A DNA stretch of 64,000 bases from an uncultured delta proteobacterium (GTDB taxonomy: Bacteria; Desulfobacterota; Desulfomonilia; Desulfomonilales; Desulfomonilaceae). The stretch spans positions 608,001 to 672,000 of the forward strand of contig CAWBKB010000005.1 of the NCBI GenBank assembly GCA_963789265.1, in the 5' to 3' direction. The translations under genes and the position numbers were made by a program. Shown here piece after piece: positions 42,248 to 53,097 of this stretch. The notes under the pieces are model-generated. The model was not told the origin of the DNA. It saw only the letters and a list, made by a program, of their open reading frames with translations, and ran no database searches. Every line of letters starts with the position of its first letter. Position 1 is the stretch's first letter.

Positions 42248-43132
42248 ATGAGATTTCGCCCAATTCCCAGAGGCCGGACGATAGCGCGCTTGCTTTGCCA
42301 TGCGAGGCTTGATCGTATTCTCTTGGGCATGCAAAAAATGGCCTTAGGCAACAGGTTCATTCGCGCTATATATTATCATGATACGCCCTCGAGCAGCGCC
42401 AACAACCTCGATCTTCATTTCCAGTTTTACTGTGAACACTTTTCTCCTGTGTCTCGCTCCGATCTCATGGATTTCCTGGGAAATAAGACTTGGGAAAAAG
42501 ACCGCCCAGGCCTTATCGTAGCCTTTGACGATGGATTGCGCTCCAACTACGACACAGCCTTGCCTATTCTAAAAAAATATGGATTCGTCGGTTGGTTTTT
42601 TGTGCCAACCGATTTTATCAGCGAAGATGCTTCGAGTGCGGAGGATTGGGCCTTATCCCACTCCATCGCTTCCCACAAGCGATACGATGACGGGCGTGTC
42701 GCATTGTCGTGGGGTGAAGTTCGGGAATTGGATCGAAGTGGCCACATTGTAGGATGCCATACCAGGACACATCGTCGCTTGACTTCCGAGTTGGGTCCGG
42801 AAACTATTAATGACGAAGTCTTCAACGCAAAAAGGAAATTGGAAGCGGTGCTCGGTCATCCCGTTGAGACTTTCTGTTGGGTCGGAGGTGAACCAAATAC
42901 ATACAACCCCCGGGCCTTTGAACGGATTCGCGACAGTGGTTATCACTATTGTTTTACGACTCTTGTGGCCCCGATTGTGCCCCGCAGCGACCCTTTGTTC
43001 TTGCACCGTACCGGAATATCAGCCGAAGCCGCCACGGAGACGGTAAGATTCCAGCTCAGCGGCTTAATCGATCTGCTGTTTACTCCTCGGAGGATGCGTA
43101 TACAAAGAGAGTTGGGCCTAACGGGTTATTAA
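42248..43132 (+). CDS. Polysaccharide deacetylase (NodB/IcaB-like)
   Basis: IYYH, AFDDG, LSW.EV.EL and VGCHTRTH. Confidence 0.9.
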   Translation: MRFRPIPRGRTIARLLCHARLDRILLGMQKMALGNRFIRAIYYHDTPSSSANNLDLHFQFYCEHFSPVSRSDLMDFLGNKTWEKDRPGLIVAFDDGLRSNYDTALPILKKYGFVGWFFVPTDFISEDASSAEDWALSHSIASHKRYDDGRVALSWGEVRELDRSGHIVGCHTRTHRRLTSELGPETINDEVFNAKRKLEAVLGHPVETFCWVGGEPNTYNPRAFERIRDSGYHYCFTTLVAPIVPRSDPLFLHRTGISAEAATETVRFQLSGLIDLLFTPRRMRIQRELGLTGY

Positions 43133-43238
43133 TATGTGGTAAAATGTGCTGCCGTAGAACTACAGTCGAACCTGGGCACTTGGTAAATAAGTGGGGCATC
43201 TATACGACCAGATTGATGACAAACGGGAAGGAGTGATC

Positions 43239-44300
43239 GTGCCGACGAGTGGCCCGACATTACGGCCGTGGTGCGATGAAGACCAAGTCGGCATGTTGGC
43301 TCTGCAAAAAGAGGTCTTCAGTAACGGGGGAATCCTCGACCCGGCCTTTTTTGACTGGCAGTATCGCCGAAATCCCGAAGGTCGGGCCATCATCTTTTGC
43401 TTCGAAGATTCTGACGGAAGGATCGTAGCGCAATACGCTGTAATCCCCATTCCTCTTCGAGTGAAAGGTACGCGTATCGCAGGGAGCATAAGCCTCAATA
43501 CTGCTACTCATCCCGATTATCGGCGTCAAGGCATGTTCATCAAAACAGCAATGGCGGTTTATGAGAAGCTCGAAGAACTAGGGATTGCGTATACACTTGG
43601 ATTCCCCAATGAAAACAGTTATCCCGGTTTTGTCAGAAAACTGGGCTTTTCAGACTTAGGTCGTCCGACTTTTTTAGTCCATATCTTCGAGCCGATGGCA
43701 TTTGTAGCCGGTAAGGACGCGGCTGATGAATGGCCAAGACTTGCTGCGCTGAGTAACAAGCTGACGAACAGTTTCCGCGGGACACTGGGTAAGGCAGTAT
43801 CCACAAGCGAACTGCTTACTTTCGAGCAATTACGCGTGCAAAACCTTTGGGAACCGAGTCATGTCATCATAGCAGCGGACGCAAAATGGCTAACCTGGAG
43901 ATACACGGACAATCCTATTGCCGATTACAAGATAATCGTAGCCGGTGATAGAACAGACCCGGATGGCCTGGTGGTATTAAGAAGTTTTGTGCAAACTCCG
44001 AGAGGCCGAATCGGGTACATTATGGAACTTATGCTGAAAAGAGAAACCGGATCTGATGTCGTTCAAGCGCTTATCAGCCAAGCAATTTCCTATTTTAAGT
44101 CCGCTGGTTGCACGGCTATTTGTTTTCTCGCCAGCCCCGGATCAAGAAAAGTCAGCTTGTTGAAACAAAGTGGCTTTTGGGAGGTCCCAAGAAAATTCAA
44201 CAGAATTCACCCTCTAATCCTTCGAAAACATTCAGCAGACGCCAGCAAAATACTTCTTAGAGACGTGGACGTCTCATTTGGGATGTTCGATACCCTATGA
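43239..44300 (+). CDS. GNAT family acyltransferase (double domain)
   Basis: FDWQYRRNPEG, THPDYRRQGMF, GFPNENS and LTWRYTDNP; AAGGAG RBS. Confidence 0.85.
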   Translation: MPTSGPTLRPWCDEDQVGMLALQKEVFSNGGILDPAFFDWQYRRNPEGRAIIFCFEDSDGRIVAQYAVIPIPLRVKGTRIAGSISLNTATHPDYRRQGMFIKTAMAVYEKLEELGIAYTLGFPNENSYPGFVRKLGFSDLGRPTFLVHIFEPMAFVAGKDAADEWPRLAALSNKLTNSFRGTLGKAVSTSELLTFEQLRVQNLWEPSHVIIAADAKWLTWRYTDNPIADYKIIVAGDRTDPDGLVVLRSFVQTPRGRIGYIMELMLKRETGSDVVQALISQAISYFKSAGCTAICFLASPGSRKVSLLKQSGFWEVPRKFNRIHPLILRKHSADASKILLRDVDVSFGMFDTL

Positions 44301-44481
44301 CGTTACCCTGGGTTGAATCGGGCAGCGGCACGCTCCAAGATGATCCTTTTGGGACGGTTACTCAGTCTTTTGGAGCCGAGGTCCTTGCGTCAGGACCCGG
44401 GATGCTAGGTGAGCCTGTCGCTTAACATAAGATTTGAAAATGTTTTCGGAGCCTGAATCGTGATAGAAAGTAGCAGAGGCT

Positions 44482-46075
44482 ATGAAAGTTTTCTTGGTGT
44501 TTGACAATGTTTTTTCAGAGTGGCCCCTCGGAATAGCTACCGAGCTGAAGGCTCGTATCCCGGAAGCCCAGATCGGTGGTTTAGCTTGGCACCGGGACGG
44601 TGTGACTTAAACGGGTGGCGAGCTATTCGAATCCTGTCATATCCCCGTTGGATTCTTTGGATGAGCAGGAGCGCAAGTGGCTCGCAACTCCCTGGGATGA
44701 TAAACGTCTCGCTCAATACGAGGCAATGCTAGGCCCCGGAGTGACCAAGAGAATCGTAACCTCGGATCGAAATATCAGCGATGGTTTTATCACCGGCGCG
44801 AGGCCGTTCAGACACTGCCATCTTACTGATGTAACCAGCGACGATGAGATGTTACGCCGCTATATTTACGGTCTGTTGAATTACTGGTTCGAGAGATTGG
44901 CCAGCCTTAAGCCGGACCAAGTAGTAGTGGGTTACGTGGACAACGCGATCTCATATACTCTCGGGCTATTCTGTAATCATCTTCAAATTCCGTTTGTCCA
45001 GATATACTCCGCCAGACTCGGATCTCGCTTCGTTCTGGACGATTCTATTGACGGAAGTTTGGCGCCAGTTCGGAGAACTTTTGAGCGAGCCCTGGCTTCT
45101 CCTTCACTCTTGGCTCATCAAATGCCGGCGGCCCGGGACTACCTTAAGCGATTTAAAGATAGGCTTCAGTCTTACGAGGCTTTTTTCGACGCCTACGAAA
45201 ATGTTGGCTTGAGAAAAGCTTCGTCGTTGGCCGATGCCATGCGAAGGCTTACTGCATACTCTACCAAGGCAGTCCGTTTTCTCACGAAGGACCGACGAAC
45301 TTCCCTTCGGGCTATGCCGAAATGGGACGAGATTAAGCACCGCATTTCCGTGCCCGTTCGGGCGCGTTGGGGCTTACTCGATGGTACGTTTCGGGCTCCC
45401 GGGAATTTGCCCTCCGGTCGTTTTGCTTATTATCCGCTTCACCTGGATCCTGAGGCTTCCACCATCGTAAGTGCTCCCATGTACACGAATCAACTGGCTG
45501 TAGTGGAGGCCTTGGCCAAGAGCCTCCCTCTCAGCATGACCCTCCTGGTTAAAGAGCATGTCCCGATGCTAGGCCAAAGACCTCCCGGATTCTATGCCCG
45601 TATAAAGAGCATGCCCGGAGTCATGTTGGTCTCACCGTTTGAGGAAAGCATGCATCTCATCAAACGCTCCGCTTTCACTTGCGTGATTAACGGGACCGCG
45701 GGCTGGGAAGCTATATTGCTTGGGAAACCTGCTATTGTGATAGGGCAACCTCATTACGTGGCATTGGAAGAGGGGCTTGTCCGATGCCCAGATCTTTCAA
45801 GTCTTCCCGAGGCTGTACATCAAGCCTTAAACCTGAAGCCGATCAATGAAGAACGGCTGCTGCTCTATATCGCCGCTATATTGAATGAATCGTTTGACTT
45901 TCCCGCGCAACTCAGAGACGGAGTAGTGACCGAGGAGACTGTTCGCAGCCATCCGGAAATTGTTGCGGCTATTTGCGATCGTCTCTTGGATATGCGCGGC
46001 TCGCATAAGCAAGTAACCCACGACACTTCCGCTCGCGATTTCAAGGACGGAGCGCGATGCACCGGACGCGTTTGA
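44482..46075 (+). CDS. Capsule polysaccharide biosynthesis protein, KpsC/KpsS-like (apparent extra base near 44605)
   Basis: YYPLHLDPEAS, VKEH and INGTAGWEAILLGKP. The ATG 44482 frame joins LKRVASY after one base is removed. Confidence 0.8.
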
Positions 46076-46340
46076 TTCTCGGGGATCGTACTGTTAGCCG
46101 TTGGACTTGCCATGCTAAGTTTGACAGTTTTGTTCTGAATATTCAGAAGAAGGTGTTCGGGAACAATTTCATTCGGCTATCTACTATCATGATACCCCCG
46201 CGAGTGCCTCAGATAATCTTGAAAGTCATGTTCACTTTTTCAGCAAGCCTTTTCTGCTTTGAGATACTCTGACTTTGCAAATTTTCGGCATTGCGAAATA
46301 GGGAACAAATTAAGAGCGGGCCTTACTGTGGCTTTAGACG

Positions 46341-47369
46341 ATGGATTATGTTCAAATTTCGACACAGCCGATTGCCTGCAGGGATGAAGCGGTGTGGGCC
46401 AGATGTCCCGGAAATGACACGATGGCTATCATCAGTACGCGTTACTCGTTCATTCTGACAATTGCCATTTTTGTTGCGGCTATATCTCTCGCAACCACTG
46501 TAGAATACTTCAGAATACCGGATTGGAGTCCTGCTAATCCGGCGAACATAATCTCCGGAAATTCGCGAGCCCCCAACCAATACAGAGTACTAACCCCTCT
46601 TATCTATAGTCTCGGCACCGAAATTATAAACAAACCCGAACTCGTTGATCGCCTCGTCGTATTTGCCTCGATATTGTTTTGCTACATAGTGTGCGCTATC
46701 TGTTTTAGGAGGTCGACCAGGTCACTTGGGATTGCCATGGTGTGTCTTCTCGCTTTACTTGGAAGCTTTCAGACAGGATTTATGTACCGACATCGGCAAG
46801 AGTTTTGGGAAACCGGCTTTTTAGTTTTATGCGCCAAGTGGATTCATGATGAAAATCCAAATTGGAAGGGGTTTATATTCATAACCTTTTTGGGTTCTTT
46901 GAATCGGGAAACCTGGATATTCGTGATTATGGCTGCTGCAGTCTGTCGCATATTCCATCCTAGACCGGGAAAGGATTTTCCTATCAATAAGTCGGATCTT
47001 ATCGGCCTGACAGTGAGCTTTGCCATTTATACTGCGGTTTATGTGTCGGTCAGATATTATGCTTATACTCACTATGGCACAGTTCCATATTATGAATTTT
47101 GGTCGTTTGAGCATAACCTGGCCAATTTAGGATTAAATCTCAACAATCGGATTTGGACGCTTGGGGCTGGCCTCATTTGGATATATAGCTTGTCAGTAAT
47201 CGAGGGAAACAGAAGATATTTGCAATTTATTCTGGGTTACCTGATACCCCTTCTAACTGTAAGTTTCTGGATTTCCAATTGGAGTGAGCAGCGCATTTTT
47301 TTCCCTATTTATCCTGTGTTGATAATCGCTTCAGTTGAGCATTTTCTTGAGTGTAGTCAAAAGACTTAA
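46341..47369 (+). CDS. Hypothetical polytopic membrane protein (visibly AT-rich)
   Basis: About 9 TM segments; APNQYRVL.P and LNRET motifs suggest a GT-C-like protein. Start may be further downstream. Confidence 0.7.
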   Translation: MDYVQISTQPIACRDEAVWARCPGNDTMAIISTRYSFILTIAIFVAAISLATTVEYFRIPDWSPANPANIISGNSRAPNQYRVLTPLIYSLGTEIINKPELVDRLVVFASILFCYIVCAICFRRSTRSLGIAMVCLLALLGSFQTGFMYRHRQEFWETGFLVLCAKWIHDENPNWKGFIFITFLGSLNRETWIFVIMAAAVCRIFHPRPGKDFPINKSDLIGLTVSFAIYTAVYVSVRYYAYTHYGTVPYYEFWSFEHNLANLGLNLNNRIWTLGAGLIWIYSLSVIEGNRRYLQFILGYLIPLLTVSFWISNWSEQRIFFPIYPVLIIASVEHFLECSQKT

Positions 47370-47600
47370 GTGCAACTACAAAACGCTTGCGGTGAGCGAT
47401 GAACTGATTTCATTGTCCTTCACATCGGGGCATGAGTTCGGTAAAGTGTAAGGAGGGATGGTCATAACAAAAGGGACTCCATGTTCATGCTCGGTACGGT
47501 GCAAGCGGCGAATCATCGAGGTTTAGTCTGAGCAAGAAACTATTTCGGCCATTTGCGATCGTTTGCTTGCACGTGAGTCCATGAAAAAGGCCTGCTAAAA

Positions 47601-48572
47601 ATGTTGATCCGCAATCCGCATTCAAATAGGGAAAATTCTTTCCGTGCCATTTATGACAATGCTGATTCTATATCTCTTCTCCAAGATAAGGATAAGTTGC
47701 CTGACTTTCCCTTCCTGGTGGATGTTGAGCTTACCAACCACTGCAATCTTAGCTGCATCATGTGTCCCAGACATGCAATGAAAAGGGACAAAGGTTTTAT
47801 GTCGGAAGAAATTTTCAAGGGGGTCGTAGAAGAATGTGCACAGCGTAAGACTCCCATAAGATTAATAAGATTTGGGGAACCGTTTTTGCATCCGAAAATT
47901 GTGGAATTCTGCCGGCACGCCAAGTCCAATGAGCTTATGGTTCATGTCACAAATAATGGGCTTGCCATAAATGAAGCGGACATGCAGGCTTTAGTTGATC
48001 TTGCCGTAGATTCGGTGATTTTTTCCTTCCAGGGTACAACAAAAGAGCGGTATGAAACAATACGGAACAATTGCATGTATGACAAGCTCGTCCATTCTAT
48101 AAAGCGACTCTTGAAAATAAGGGGCGATCGAGATAAGCCTTTTATCCATGTCTCCACAACCGTGCTGGATGATTCAAAGACTGAAATCAGCCGGTTTGTC
48201 GATTATTGGGCAAGTATGGTTGATTCGGTGGGAGTAGGTAAGACGCTGCTGTACACAGTCCCGACAGATGATCTGGAGCCATCTTTGGCAAGAAAGATTC
48301 GAGAGCTGAGAAGGAGCGAGACCATAAAAAGAGTATATGGGCCCTGCAAAGAGGTATTCCAAAAACTTAGTGTAGATTGGGATGGAAGAATAACCTGTTG
48401 TTGTGGGGACTTTGACCAATTCTTGACGGTGGGCGATATAAGAGAATCTTCTCTTTCGCATGTCTGGAATAAGGGCAGGCGTCTCGCTATCTATAGAGAA
48501 CTTCTTGGGGCAGGACTACACAAAAGTTTGAAGCTATGCAGTTCTTGCTATCCCACTTACGAAGAGATTTAG
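47601..48572 (+). CDS. Radical SAM/SPASM domain protein
   Basis: CNLSCIMC, FGEPFLHP and a C-terminal C...DG.ITCCC.D...CSSC. Confidence 0.92.
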   Translation: MLIRNPHSNRENSFRAIYDNADSISLLQDKDKLPDFPFLVDVELTNHCNLSCIMCPRHAMKRDKGFMSEEIFKGVVEECAQRKTPIRLIRFGEPFLHPKIVEFCRHAKSNELMVHVTNNGLAINEADMQALVDLAVDSVIFSFQGTTKERYETIRNNCMYDKLVHSIKRLLKIRGDRDKPFIHVSTTVLDDSKTEISRFVDYWASMVDSVGVGKTLLYTVPTDDLEPSLARKIRELRRSETIKRVYGPCKEVFQKLSVDWDGRITCCCGDFDQFLTVGDIRESSLSHVWNKGRRLAIYRELLGAGLHKSLKLCSSCYPTYEEI

Positions 48573-48639
48573 GATAACACAGTATGTAGGGCCGTAATAC
48601 ATTCGGATTATTCTTCCAAGCCACGGGGTCAGTCATTCG

Positions 48640-50535
48640 ATGCCGGAAATGTATATGGTTTCAAAAGCCGAGGTAGCGAGATCCTCACTCCTGAATACGC
48701 GGACGCAGACCCTATTAATTCTAGCTTTTTGTATAATCTATGTGCCCTTTTTCGCTAATAAGAACTTGTACTGGGATGATTGGACCTACTTTTGGGTGTT
48801 TTGGGTCGATGGCCCGGGCATGTTATTGGAGTATTATAAGCAGGTGGGCCATATCGGCCACTGGTTGCCGATGGCACTATATTACTGGCTCGGCGGCGAA
48901 TACGCCGGATTGTTCGCCAGGGTTGTAGCTGTAGGATGTCACATTGGCGCAACCCTGCTCTTGCACCGGATATTTCTCCAAATTCGGTTCACAAAACCGC
49001 TAGCGGTATGGATTGCAATATTGTATGCGTTGTCGCCATTTTATTACGAGCGGGGGGTGATGGTCGCCACTGTTAGCGATCTGTTTCTGTTTTGCTATCT
49101 CTTGTCGGTGTGGGTCATGTCCCGGCCTGGCTTAGCGTCAAACTTTTTGGCACTGTTTCTATTCGGTATATCCTTGGGTTTTGAAACTTTCATGATGCTT
49201 GAGCCGTTGCGTGTTTTGTTTGTAAATGAATTCCGGAAAGATCTCAAGAAAACAGTGCAACAGTGTGCCCCAATCTGGGTTATGGCCCTTCTCTTCGTGA
49301 TTCTTCGCTTTACTTTATTAAAGCCGTACGGATGTTATAAGGGTTATAACTCGTTGAATTTTGATGTCTTGGGCATTGGAAAATGCTTAGCAATGAGCAT
49401 TATGTACTACCCTCGAGTCATCTGGCTGATCATCTCTCAGTCCGCGGATTTAGTGACGTGGTACGGTTTGGCCGTTGCTGCTTCGTTCTGCCTGGTTATA
49501 TCACGAGTCTTGACGTATAGCAGTGCAGAGGGCCTTATCGCCGGTCCAGCCGACCTTAGTATCACGCTTCGCCGAGTGACGATCGGCGTCGCCCTCACTG
49601 TATCGGGAGCAGTTCCGTACATTCTGGCCGGCTTATATCCGGCTCCCCACAATTTCTCGTGCCGCTATGCCGTAGTCTCTATTCCTGGGGCTTTGCTCGT
49701 CATTGTGTCCTTGATCGCGGCATTTCGCAGCTCTTTCCTAAGGACGTACGCTTACGTGCTCTTCTGTACAGCTTCAATTCTATTTTCTCTGCAGATTACG
49801 AAATGGTACCTCTACGAAGCAGCAGTTAAACGAGACTTGATAATGCAGATCCACCAGATCACTTCAACAGGCTCTATGGAACAAACAAAGATCTTCGTAA
49901 GAATGATTCCGGATTCAACGAAAATTCTTATACTCGGGAAACGCATATCGGTCTGCGAACTGGCTGTACCGGTCAATCTGCTACGCGACCCTAAACGACC
50001 ATTGCTCTTTTTGCAGGAGAAGTGGAAAGGTGCCGGCCAGGAGTGGACCGGGCCCTGCACGATTGACGAAAATGACCGCTATCCTTGTCCAAGCAATACA
50101 GTAACTCTCGAGTATCGACTGCGACCGGAATATGCTTCGGTTGGCAAGATGTCTTATCTGTATTTGCTGAAATCCGTTTTCACGACCGTTGATGAACCTC
50201 CAGGGCTGGGGATTTTGACAGATCCCTCGGGTTCACTGTCCGCCGGCCAAGCGATAAAATCAGTGAGAACTGAAGTTTCAATCAGGAAAGCGGGGAAAAT
50301 TGCTGCCGGCATCCTCAATATTAGTATGCGGTTTTTGCAGAGTCCCACGACTTATGGAGAAACCTTGGGGCGAAACAGAAACCGAATCCGTCATGTGCGC
50401 TTACCTCCTGAAATGCCGTTTCTTGAATTTGTGCTCCATTCTCCTTGCCCTGATGGTTTTTCAAGCCATAAACGGATAGTGGGGAATCTCTTTCTTCCCT
50501 TCCAACCCTGCCGCAAATTCAAGGTTACCGGATAA
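48640..50535 (+). CDS. Polytopic membrane protein, GT-C-like glycosyltransferase candidate
   Basis: LYWDDW after the first TM, about 11 TMs and a soluble C-terminal domain. The last ~90 aa may be read-through past a lost stop. Confidence 0.65.
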   Translation: MPEMYMVSKAEVARSSLLNTRTQTLLILAFCIIYVPFFANKNLYWDDWTYFWVFWVDGPGMLLEYYKQVGHIGHWLPMALYYWLGGEYAGLFARVVAVGCHIGATLLLHRIFLQIRFTKPLAVWIAILYALSPFYYERGVMVATVSDLFLFCYLLSVWVMSRPGLASNFLALFLFGISLGFETFMMLEPLRVLFVNEFRKDLKKTVQQCAPIWVMALLFVILRFTLLKPYGCYKGYNSLNFDVLGIGKCLAMSIMYYPRVIWLIISQSADLVTWYGLAVAASFCLVISRVLTYSSAEGLIAGPADLSITLRRVTIGVALTVSGAVPYILAGLYPAPHNFSCRYAVVSIPGALLVIVSLIAAFRSSFLRTYAYVLFCTASILFSLQITKWYLYEAAVKRDLIMQIHQITSTGSMEQTKIFVRMIPDSTKILILGKRISVCELAVPVNLLRDPKRPLLFLQEKWKGAGQEWTGPCTIDENDRYPCPSNTVTLEYRLRPEYASVGKMSYLYLLKSVFTTVDEPPGLGILTDPSGSLSAGQAIKSVRTEVSIRKAGKIAAGILNISMRFLQSPTTYGETLGRNRNRIRHVRLPPEMPFLEFVLHSPCPDGFSSHKRIVGNLFLPFQPCRKFKVTG

Positions 50536-50540
50536 CCCTG

Positions 50541-51377
50541 ATGGAGCCGAGAATCAACTGGGATAAAATAGAACTCAAGTGCCTCAAGTTATTTACCCGG
50601 AGGCTGCCAAGGATCCGGGGAGCCGATTATGTATTACGTAAAGCATGGGAGTTGTACACGCGTAAGACAAGACCTCCTGTGATGACCTCGTGCTTCGGTT
50701 TTAAGATGATTCTGGATCCGATGGACCGCGGTGAAGAGCAGTTACTGCTCGGCTGCCAGCTCTATAACTATCGCGAAATGAGCTTCATAAAAGAATACTT
50801 AAGCGAAGGAGACGTATTCGTCGATTTGGGAGCACACATTGGGGCATTCACCCTGGTTGCTTCCCGGGCGGTAGGAGAGAATGGACAAGTGGTCTCCCTC
50901 GAACCGCGTTTACAAAGCTATCACAGACTTTGTCAGCATTTGGAGTTGAATTCGATCACAAACGTTCTCGCTTTGAATGTGGCAGCATCCGACAAGGAGG
51001 AAACCTGTACGATGGGTTTAGCCCAAGAGGGACAGGCGGGCACAAACACCCTCCTGCTCCATCATCTCAACCCACAGGAATTTTCAGGTACGAGCGTTAA
51101 ATGTTATCCGCTGGCTAATATTCTCCATAGGTACAACATCACTTCCATCAGAGGAGCCAAAATCGACATAGAGGGTTATGAGTACAGGGTACTGAAAGAA
51201 TTTTTCTCAAGCACAAAAAAGGAATTTTACCCTGAATTCATAATCGTGGAATATATTGATTTCATGAAAGAGCTAGCCGGCGGAAGCACTCTTGACCTGC
51301 TTCTCGACAGGGGTTACCAGATCCGCTGGCACGACCGGGCAAAACGCAATTTCCTAGTGGTGCTGGAAGCCAGATAA
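50541..51377 (+). CDS. FkbM family methyltransferase
   Basis: FVDLGAHIG, EP and KIDIEGYEY.VL. Confidence 0.9.
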   Translation: MEPRINWDKIELKCLKLFTRRLPRIRGADYVLRKAWELYTRKTRPPVMTSCFGFKMILDPMDRGEEQLLLGCQLYNYREMSFIKEYLSEGDVFVDLGAHIGAFTLVASRAVGENGQVVSLEPRLQSYHRLCQHLELNSITNVLALNVAASDKEETCTMGLAQEGQAGTNTLLLHHLNPQEFSGTSVKCYPLANILHRYNITSIRGAKIDIEGYEYRVLKEFFSSTKKEFYPEFIIVEYIDFMKELAGGSTLDLLLDRGYQIRWHDRAKRNFLVVLEAR

Positions 51378-51476
51378 TTGCAAACCTCATGCTCCAGTGT
51401 CTCCTCCGGGCACAATTCTGCTCTCCCTCGTATCTGAGGAAACACCCTTCAGTGCATTTAACGCCGAATAATTCTT

Positions 51477-52896
51477 TTACCAACCGCTTGGCATGCGGAA
51501 TCGTCGATGGTTGGGAGACCAGTTTTTAAGTAGATCCAACTGGTCGTCCTGAATCTCTATCTCTTTCGGTCCGCCGCCGAATAGTGGCAAAGATGACAAG
51601 TTAAAGCCCTGCTTCAGCAGCGGTATTTCATCGACAGTCAAGCCCATGAAGCGAGCCGCGGCTGCATCAACAACCAAAGGCCTCGTTCCGGCAAAAACCG
51701 CTCCACACCGGAGGGCAGAAGGTTCCAGCGGCCCCTCACCTTCGCCGGCGATCACGGCATCGAGTACACAGAAAATCGCCCGCTGAGGCGAGGGCTTGAT
51801 GCGTCCGTCCAGGTCGGCGTAGCGAGCGATTCGATTCAAATCCAATATAGTTCGCCAGAGAGTGTCATTGCCAAACCATGAACCCTCTGAAATGCGATCC
51901 CCGAAAGCTAAAACCAAGTCTGGAATTTTGCGAAAAATTGAAAAAAGGACCTGGCCTCCGCGACTTGAAGTCACATCTCGCAACTCCTCTAATGAAGTGC
52001 GTACAGATTTCAAGACATTGGCGCTGGGATATTCGTCGTGGCCCAGAGAAGCCGGGCCGCGTCGATGGTGCGGCAAGAAACTTTTGTGTCCGTTGATACC
52101 GACAAGGTTCTTTAGGCATCCTGTGATCCCGGCTTTGCGATGCGTCTTCAATTTGGCCGCGTTCAAGATGACATCAGCTTCAAGGAGCCGGCGAGAAACG
52201 CAATATTCGTGCCGGCCTGGACGATGGTGCTCCCAAAGCGCGGCAGGGTTATAGTTGGTGACCCTAAAATTTCCGTAATCGTGAGCCACAGGTTCAAGTA
52301 AGCTTTCCATGCCGAGATCGACCAAAGCGTAACGCTCATCCGCGACTCGCAGTTCTTTCCTGAATGTCAACTTGCTGTCCCGGTGGTAGAGTTCCAACCG
52401 CCAGTCTTCCAAGACGACCTTTAGGTTGCTGTGCGCTTCATAAAACTTCGTGACAGCGAGCCAGTCCTGGGATTCCCATAATAAGCCGATGTTACAAGAC
52501 TGAAGAGGCGCGTCGCCTACCACCACAGTCCCTTCTCCATTCAAAGCAATAAAAACAAAATCGAGGAGCGCGCGGTACTATTGACGGATGAGTCACCACC
52601 GCATCGAGTCCGCCAGGTCCGCGATTTTCATGCATGACCCAGTTAGGTTTAATCACGACCTTGTTTCCCGGCCTTATGAAGTCGGCCAGTGGATTCCACA
52701 GTCGTGTCCCCATATTCTCTTTGTCCAGATTCAGCCTAAGTAAAGCTTGACGTACCAGACGGTAGACGGGATTAGGCGTCGAAGACAAGTCTTCGAAGGG
52801 ATATTCAGGGTATTGCTCACTCGGGGAAAACGGAGAACTCGGATAGACGTTAACGTTGTAATCCCTCGCGAAAGCAACCGAGTTCGACCTGTTCAT
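51477..52896 (-). CDS. DUF362 domain protein (apparent extra C near 52575)
   Basis: VVIKPNWVMH and THPS join RALLDF...VGDAPLQ; KLKTHRKAGITGCLKNLVG; AGEGEGPL. Confidence 0.85.
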
Positions 52897-53097
52897 AATT
52901 TAATGTGTCTCCTCGCATACATTGGTCTGCTTTGGCAGGCCTACCGAGTTGGTTTTTTCTACCACATTTGTCGTGTGAGGCAAAAGTCGGTCTGATGAGA
53001 TGGATTAGGTCGAATTCCTATACGACCATTTCTCTCGCAAAATCATTGACCGGTGCGTTTTAAGCATCCTTTGTAATTACCGGCAGTTGGGATTGAT

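Noticed and set aside
47601..48572. Radical SAM/SPASM protein as a RiPP maturase
   Set aside because: There is no adjacent precursor peptide or RRE/PqqD domain, and the context is glycan modification.
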